Shown: positions 25,049 to 32,000 of the stretch, in pieces
Layout of the letters: each line of letters begins with the position of its first letter
Position numbering within the stretch: the first letter of the stretch is position 1
From: Bigelowiella natans nucleomorph
Lineage: Eukaryota > Protista > Cercozoa
Direction of reading: 5' to 3'
DNA length: 32,000 bases
NCBI GenBank assembly: GCA_000002455.1
Contig: DQ158856.1
Coordinates: 30,001 to 62,000 of the forward strand
Program-made: the position numbers and the translations under genes
The notes under the pieces: generated by a model
Seen by the model: only the letters and a program-made list of their open reading frames with translations
The model's database searches: none
Told to the model about the DNA's origin: nothing

Positions 25049-25501
25049 ACATGAATTTATTTAATTTATTTATTATGGTGTTAAGTATAATTATTGAAGA
25101 TTTATCAACAATCATTGAAATTTAATGCAAATATTGGAAAATAGAAAATTTTGTTTTTATTCAATGAAATTTTGTTCTTATGTGTTATATAATATTCGTA
25201 TGCATTAATCTAAATTAAATTTAACTGCATTAGAGATATTTTGTGTTAATACCTTCATCCAAATACAAATTTTTTATTATGGTTTCAAATAAGCTCAATG
25301 TTCTATAGATATCACTACAATTTAGTTACAAAGTAGATTCATGTTTTAATTAATACTATAAAGCAGTAACAATAGAAAGATTACCTTGTAATTCAATCAT
25401 TCGAAAGAATAATCCAATTTCACGTGCTTTCTGATAAAAATATAAATACTTTTTTTTAAGAGATTTTGGAGAGAAATATATTTTTGTACTAAGTTTATAT
25501 T

Positions 25502-26643
25502 TTAAAGAGCTAAAATAAATAGTTTTCTCAAATTTTTTATATGTTTCTGTTCCTGCACCATTAGGAGCCTATTTATTATGCTTATTACTTTTCTGACACT
25601 TAGATGGTATAGTTTGGATTTAATTGGTTTAATTGAATATTTTATGAATTGATTTTTATTTGAATTAATTTCATAACTATTTGGGTATAGTATTTTTTGA
25701 ATATATTGCCAAATTAATTTTTTATTAAATAAATCATTTTTTGAAGGTATTTTTAAATTTTTTAATAAAACGTTAAAATTTGATTCACAAATTAGGCCAT
25801 ATAAAAGAAGTCTTGCCCCACTAAAGTAGTATTGAAATTTTTTTTCGTTTGAAATTTTATTTTTTATTTCCCTTATTAAAGAAATAAGCCATATTTTAAA
25901 AATACCTTTATGTTTGGATTTTAAATATATGTTTTTTAGTAGATCTAATAAGACTTCGAAAGGGATTATTTTCACAATGTTATGTTGCATAATACGTATA
26001 GAAGAGTGTATCCAATAATTTATCTTCCACTTTCTATTACAATAGTACGAACTTATCAGGATTATATCTTAAGAAACAATAATATACAAAAGAACATAAA
26101 GATTTTGAAATAGCATGCGATATTTCAGGATTTAATTTATGAAAAACATACGAATTTGGTGCATTTTTCCAATAATTTATTGATATGGTCTTATGAACTT
26201 CATTTATAGTATCAAGTAGCTCATTTATTCTGGTTGAACTGATTTGAATATTTAAATTATTTGGAAAATAGTTATCCATGGGTGTGGGATCATTAAAATA
26301 TTTTAAATAAAAATTTTCAAATTCACAAAAAATTTTCATATTAATGTAAAAAGATTTATATCCTAGCAAATTTGAAGAATTAAAGTTTTTAAAATTTAAA
26401 TATATTGAATTTTTATTAAGTTTTGAACTTATTTTTGAAATTGTTTTATTTTCGTTTTTTACTGTGTTATTTTGTATTTTTAAATTACTATTCATATAGC
26501 AAAAAAATTTCAAAACAAAAATCACGGTTAAAATAGATAGTTAATATTCCGTTTAGTATACTTTGTAGTCTTATTCTATCATTTTACTTATAACTATGTT
26601 TATTCTATTTGATTCTTAACTTTCGAATAAATGTTTTAATCAT
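25502..26643 (-). CDS. Hypothetical protein, possibly a divergent TAF6 (TFIID subunit)
   Basis: ORFs 26037-26525 and 25502-25990 join in frame through a 19-nt intron at 26034-26052. ISINYW...HAISKSL...IVKIIPF has spacing similar to TAF6 LKAHW...HELSVEQ...LYQMLPRF. The 5' exon is uncertain. Confidence 0.35.
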
Positions 26644-26657
26644 AATGTTTGTTTAAG

Positions 26658-28068
26658 ATGAAAATTAGTATAATGCTGGATTCGTATATAGAAATATCAA
26701 GAAGTATTATTTTTAAAAAAAGAGTTTTTAGTTGAATATCAATATTTATCAAAGGTTCTTTCTTTACTATTTTTCAAAAAATTTAATAATATTAGTAGTT
26801 ATGCAAAGCACAAGTTCAAACTAAAATTAGTTCTTTCAAAATTATCAGATATTTGTCTATTAATTGTTTATTATTTGTTAAAAGATAAGATTATTGTCAA
26901 AAAGAAAAATTTTTCTAAAAAATGAAAAAAATTTATTTAAAAATATTAATTTACAAAAGTTGAATTTTAGAAATTAGAAAATTTGATTATTTTTTGCATA
27001 AAGATCCTAAAATAAGAGTAAACTTGAATAACAAACTTTCAGTGAAGAAAAAGTTTTTCTACTATGAAACTGAATTTGAAGAATTTGATTTATTAAATAA
27101 TCTGGAGAACAATAATGACTTAAATAGTTTATTTGTAAATCTAATGCAGTGTAATATGGATATGATAGGCACTAGCTTTACCTCTTTTTTAAAGAATCCT
27201 GTCATTTTTTTATCGAGAATTAACTTAATAAGTCTTAGTTATGGAAAAAAGTAAAATATTAATGATAAGATTTGCAACCGTAGTCAATGATTTTTTAACA
27301 ACAATCGAGTTTTATTGTTATTTTTTTTCTCCTGTTTTTAACTCTATGATATTGTATAAAAAAGTTGATATATCATAATAAGAGTAGAAAATTGTTTGAA
27401 ATTATGACGAATAAATATCAAAATTATATTTACAATCTAAATAAAGTTACAAAAACTAATAAAAAACTATGTTATGTAAAAAAATCGATTGATAGAGTTC
27501 TTAAGGGTAATTAAAAAAGTAATAGTCGAAAAAATAAGTTTTGTTATAAAGCATGAAATTATAATATTTTCTTTTTTTTCAATGCATTTATTATCAATGT
27601 CGAAAATAACCAAGATATGTAAAACTTTGAAAAAGAATAAAACTGACTTAGTATCATTATATGAAAAACAAAAGAAAGTATTTTTCGAAAAGAATTCTTC
27701 TGAAATAGTTGAGTCTTTCGTTTCTTTAAACAGGCAAAAAAAAAGTCTTAATGAAGAAAAAACTAGTATTAGTAACCCACTAAGACTTCCTTTAGGGTGG
27801 GATAATAAGCCAATACCATTCTGGCTTTTCAAGCAACATGGATTGAATGAAATTTTTTATTGTGAAATTTGTGGTTTTAAAAAATTTTACGGAAGACGGT
27901 AAAAATTCAATTTATAGGGCTTATGAGAAGCATTTTACTGAAAAAAGGCATATTAATAATTTACAAATTCTTGGAATTAAAGACTATCAAAAGTTCACTG
28001 AAATTTCATCGATTAAAAAAGTTCTTGAATTAAATGAATATTTAATTAAAAATAGATTTAAGATTTAA
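26658..28068 (+). CDS. prp9: Splicing factor SF3a subunit 3 (Prp9/SF3A3)
   Basis: Diagnostic NPLRLPLGWDNKPIPFWLFKQHGL...CEICG...GRR|AYEKHFTEKRH...LGI zinc finger, with a 19-nt intron at 27899-27917. The N-terminal exons are divergent and the start is approximate. Confidence 0.9.
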
Positions 28069-28229
28069 TAAAAATGTAGTTTATAAAAGAAAATGTTATC
28101 CACTTATTGTGAAAAATTAATTTTTAAAGCCATAGAGAAAGTATTCTCAATAACATACATACGCTTCCTTTATAAACTCAACCATTCTCTCAAAATGTAT
28201 AGCAAAAAAATTAAAAGTATTTAAATATA

Positions 28230-28857
28230 ATGGGCGACATAACAAAAAGTACTCACGCTAAATATGCAAAAATACTTCTTAAAGTTAAAAAATCTTTAAA
28301 AGATTTTTGAAATTATCAAAAATAAATATAATTTAACTGTTAATAAAGAAGATATATTTAAAATAAAATTTATGAAAGAATATTACATAAAAGAAGATCT
28401 AGAGAAAAAAATGATCGTAATATTTGTAATAAATATTTTATTAGATTCCTTTAAAAAGCTTGAAAAAATTTAGAAGAATACAATATTTCTTTATTAAAGA
28501 ATTCGAGTCTTATATTCCTAATACTTATCTATCCGTGCTTTCAATTCGCACGATAAAACCTCTCAAATATCAAAAGATTTCTAAAACTGGATCTTATTCG
28601 TGGTCCTTTACTAATGTAAAAGATTCTTAGAAAGGTTGCTGACGATATAATAAGGGATATGCTTTTTCCAGGTAATATAGTTGGAAAGCGTATTTTTTTT
28701 TTCTCAAATGAAGATGTCTTTATTCAGGTAATTTTTTTATAAAAAGATTTATCTAGAAGATAAATATAAAAATTTTAATAATTCAAAAATCAATTTAGTT
28801 ACTCGTTCATTACATTCTTTAATACACAAAAAAATTCATATAGTTTTAACATCTTAA
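28230..28857 (+). CDS. rps7: 40S ribosomal protein S7 (eS7); absent from the ORF track
   Basis: IVIF|IPLKSLKKFRRIQ..IKEFE...SFTN|VADDIIRDMLFPGNIVGKRI...IQ|IYL. Four 19-nt introns at 28284-28302, 28426-28444, 28616-28634 and 28728-28746. Confidence 0.9.
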
Positions 28858-28944
28858 AATTAAAATCTTAAGTTCATAAATAATTCTAGTAAATAATAAT
28901 ATTTTTTATACACTAGGCCATGATATATTAGATCAAATAAGAAA

Positions 28945-29018
28945 TGTTCGTGCCCAGATTTGAACTGGAGACTTTTAGTTTGTAAGACTAACGTGATAAC
29001 CAACTACACTACACGAAC
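28945..29018 (-). tRNA. trnV: tRNA-Val(TAC)
   Basis: Acceptor stem GTTCGTG/CACGAAC, anticodon arm TTAGT-CTTACAA-ACTAA, T-arm TCCAG-TTCAAAT-CTGGG. Confidence 0.95.
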
Positions 29019-29019
29019 A

Positions 29020-29664
29020 ATGAATATTAAAAATAACATTCTTAGATTGCTATTAAAAAAAGTATTTATAACAAAAATCTTCAATAATAATAAAAATATC
29101 TGTCATAATATAAAGATAAGATCTATCATAAAAAACTTTTGTTCTATTTTATTAAACAAACTTTTAATTGATGTAATTATATTGTTGACTAAAGAAAGAA
29201 ATGCAATTACAAGTAAATTATTAGTATGCCTAATTTCAATTAATATAAATATTTCAAAGATATCAAAAAAAGTTAATAATATTGATCGATTCTACCATAA
29301 AATATTTGAAATACTTCTCAAAAAAGGATCTTTATTAATTATAAGCAATCCAAAGATTAAAGCTAATTTATTATTAAAATATTCTTTCATTACTTGTTTT
29401 CTGATACTTTTCATCTCAACAAGTTCTAATATATATTTTGTATACAAAACCAAAAAAAAGTTAATGATGTTATTGTCAAAATACCTTGGTCAAGAGCATT
29501 TTAGATTCATGAAAAAGAATAAGACTATCCATTTCGATAGCCATAGCTTTAACTATTTTTTTTTATGTCATCTAAAAAAAAATTACAATGGACTTCAAAG
29601 AATTCGTAAGAAAATGATTAAAAAACATGATGCTTTTAGTTGTTTATTTTATAATATTTTTTAA
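29020..29664 (+). CDS. Hypothetical protein, 214 aa, apparently intronless
   Basis: A long stop-free frame in very AT-rich DNA. The first ATG is at 29020; the upstream part of the listed ORF overlaps tRNA-Val. Confidence 0.5.
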   Translation: MNIKNNILRLLLKKVFITKIFNNNKNICHNIKIRSIIKNFCSILLNKLLIDVIILLTKERNAITSKLLVCLISININISKISKKVNNIDRFYHKIFEILLKKGSLLIISNPKIKANLLLKYSFITCFLILFISTSSNIYFVYKTKKKLMMLLSKYLGQEHFRFMKKNKTIHFDSHSFNYFFLCHLKKNYNGLQRIRKKMIKKHDAFSCLFYNIF

Positions 29665-29737
29665 ATTTTATTCTACTTTTATTTTATTCATAAAAATGTG
29701 ATTATTAAAAAGCTTTATTAGATCTATAAAAAAATAT

Positions 29738-30536
29738 TTAACGGTACAGATTTTCTATATTTTTAGTCTTTTGTGATTTTTTAAATTTAATAATTAAGAA
29801 TTTTTTATTATAAGAAATATAAAAGTATGTAATTTCAAAAATGCATACTATTGACTTAAATATGATATTAATATCAGTTTTTGTTGTAATATTTTTATAA
29901 ATTATTTTATTTATATTCTGTTTCAAAAAAATGTACTTTTTGAGACCTTGATGTGTTCATGAGTATATTTATGACATTATATAAAAAAGAAAAGAAATAT
30001 GCGTTCATTTTTAACTTTTTGTTCTTTAAATTTTTAGTCTTATGAGTAAATAACTCGGTAATAATTGTGTGATGAATAAGCTTACCTTTGATGTGATAGA
30101 AGCCATGTGAGAAATTAAGATCATTTTTATAGGGTGAACAATAAAAATAGCACAGACGCTTGTGTTTATGGTTTTCGCTATTATTAGTAAGCCAAGTTTT
30201 AGAATTTATATCTTTTATAAGATTGTTAGCAAGCCAATTTTTATTTGGAGGATTATAAGAACTCTCAAAATTATTTAAAAAATGTTCTAGATTTTGTTTG
30301 TTAATGAAGTTATTAGAATAAAACTTATATGTAAGTTTATTCTTGAAATTATGTAGAAGTTGACTATTTTTTGAATTTTCTAGAATGATTGATTCTTTGT
30401 TTAATTTTAAGTATAATAATTTATAGTATAAATTGATCCATGAAATTCTTTTTTGAGATAAATATTTCTTAAAGATCAGCAATGCATTGTAGCTCTTATA
30501 TCTGGAACTATATTCTATTTTTCGCTTTATCTTCAT
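29738..30536 (-). CDS. Hypothetical protein
   Basis: The 209-aa ORF joins the 62-aa ORF through a tiny intron (GTACATTTTTTTGAAACAG, near 29918-29936). No recognisable motif. Confidence 0.5.
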
Positions 30537-30743
30537 TTATTCTTATTTTTATATAACATATTTAAGTATATTCTCAAGAAACAATGTACATTTACTTGTT
30601 TTGTCATTATCTGTGATATAAACTTTCTAATTATTTTTGGAATTATAATGTAAGTATAAATTTAGAAATAAATAGTTGAGAGCACTCCTCCACAGATTAG
30701 AAAAAACTATAAGTAGTTTACTTCACAACTAACAATAGTAATT

Positions 30744-30921
30744 ATGATCGAGCCATCCCTTCAAATTTTAGCTTTGAAATATAAATTAAAAAAAAAAGTA
30801 TGTAGAAAGTTAATTAATTATTATGAGATGTTATGCAACTAATAGTTATAAATCTAAAAATTGTAGGAAAAAAAAATGTGGACACTGTGTTTTTTTAAGA
30901 AACAAAAAGAAATCTAAATAA
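30744..30921 (+). CDS. rpl40: 60S ribosomal protein L40 (eL40), without ubiquitin moiety
   Basis: MIEPSLQILALKYK..KKVCRK|CYA...NCRKKKCGH..LRNKKK. One 19-nt intron at 30809-30827. In-frame TAG upstream at 30714. Confidence 0.93.
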
Positions 30922-31124
30922 AATTTTGTTAATATCTTTTAGAATCACGCAAAGTTTTAAAAAAAGAATCTACTAATATTTTATCAATTTTAAACTTATT
31001 CAAAAGTCTGAATTGTAATATATAAAAATTGCAAGAAATTTGCAATTAAAATATTAATAACTATAAATAAGTAACTGATTCGAATATACTTTGAACGATT
31101 GGAGATTAATGATAAGTTTTTCTT

Positions 31125-31205
31125 GTCAAAATGCCTGAGTGGTCAAAGGGGCCAGACTCAAGTTCTGGTGCACTAGCTTCGTGGGTTCGAATCCCGCTTT
31201 TGACA
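31125..31205 (+). tRNA. trnL: tRNA-Leu(CAA)
   Basis: Acceptor stem GTCAAAA/TTTTGAC, anticodon arm CCAGA-CTCAAGT-TCTGG, long variable arm, T-arm GTGGG-TTCGAAT-CCCGC. Confidence 0.95.
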
Positions 31206-31732
31206 TGATTATGTCCTCTATCACTAGAATCAATTTATGTGATAATTTATCAAGCGTAAAAATAAATTTCTTGATATCGCATATTATTTTTGAAAGTATC
31301 CTTCATAGAATTTATACAGTAATATTTTTATTGAAAGATTTATAATAGAATAAATCAAAGAATAATTTTTTTTTCTAAAGTATTATTATTTTGAATTCGA
31401 ATATCATTTGTATCTTCAAGAAAAATTGCTTTTCAACAGAAATAATAAATAATGAAACGAATAGAAAAAAAAATAATTTTGAAAAACTAAGCTTTGTTTT
31501 CAAATATCTATTAAAAAATAATATCGTAGATAAACGTAAAAATAAATAAATAGCCAATATTTTATTCATAATGCAACCTAACTCGTTCCTTGAATTACTC
31601 AATAATAAAGCCTTTTGTAATTTTTCTCTTAATGGTAAATAAATATTTAAATAGTTCAATATCTATTTAAACAATATTGCGATAAATTAATCAATTTATT
31701 TAATGGATTTTTAGGAAGATATATTAAAGCTA

Positions 31733-32000
31733 ATGGTTTACAAATTAAAAAAAGAAAAGTTTGATTTCAGTATTAATATGACTTGTTTGTATAACGATTT
31801 TCAAAATAGTAGATCTGGTTGGTTTCAATTAGAATCTTTATCTTACGTTCGTTCGATACAAGTTATAAAGGTGTCTAAAATTCATAGCAGTAATGCTATT
31901 AATAAAATTTATTTAGAATTTAATCCAGATATTAAAGTAAAATCCAATATTATAGGAAGTAAAAAAGAAGAGCAAGTCTGAGAATTCTAATTTGTTGGAG
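31733..32000 (+). CDS. Hypothetical protein, 5' part (probably continues beyond the window)
   Basis: An 82-aa ATG-initiated ORF ends just after a GT (CAA|GTCTGAG...) that could open a tiny intron. Confidence 0.35.

Noticed and set aside
5625-27832. Opposite-strand ORFs in the track (5625-5822, 6456-6680, 6664-7038, 8657-8839, 11173-11391, 17658-17894, 18845-19042, 23457-23732, 27467-27832)
   Set aside because: They are antisense shadows of better-supported genes, and their Phe/Leu richness mirrors Lys-rich sense codons.
31139-31659. ORFs 31139-31345 (+) and 31375-31659 (-)
   Set aside because: The first starts inside tRNA-Leu. The second is short, low-complexity and lacks an ATG or motif, so it may be an exon but cannot be supported.

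Overview
Very AT-rich, extremely compact eukaryotic DNA in which most genes are split by 18-20 nt (mostly 19 nt) GT-AG introns. This architecture is characteristic of a chlorarachniophyte nucleomorph (Bigelowiella natans-like). The organism assignment is an inference from architecture, not a database match. Manual removal of the tiny introns recovers genes that the ORF track fragments or misses: an MCM-like subunit, eIF6, Prp43, a ClpR-type plastid Clp subunit, a Prp22/Prp2-like DEAH helicase, rps27A, TFIIA-gamma, SmF, a reduced BMS1-like protein, Rpb10, Snu114, a WD40 protein, rpl21, rpl18A, rps15A, a second MCM-like gene, rpl32, Prp9/SF3A3, rps7, rpl40 and several orphans. There are four tRNAs: iMet-CAT, Phe-GAA, Val-TAC and Leu-CAA. 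The main oddities are: both ubiquitin-fusion ribosomal proteins have lost ubiquitin (rps27A keeps only a 12-aa leader ending in LRGG); the initiator-type tRNA lacks A1-U72 and A58; rpl21 has an apparent 1-nt frameshift; TFIIA-gamma has a 9-nt microexon; and two MCM-like genes lack Walker motifs. I found no mobile elements or CRISPR arrays and cannot claim a wholly new biological system. Homology calls are by-eye comparisons with remembered family motifs.
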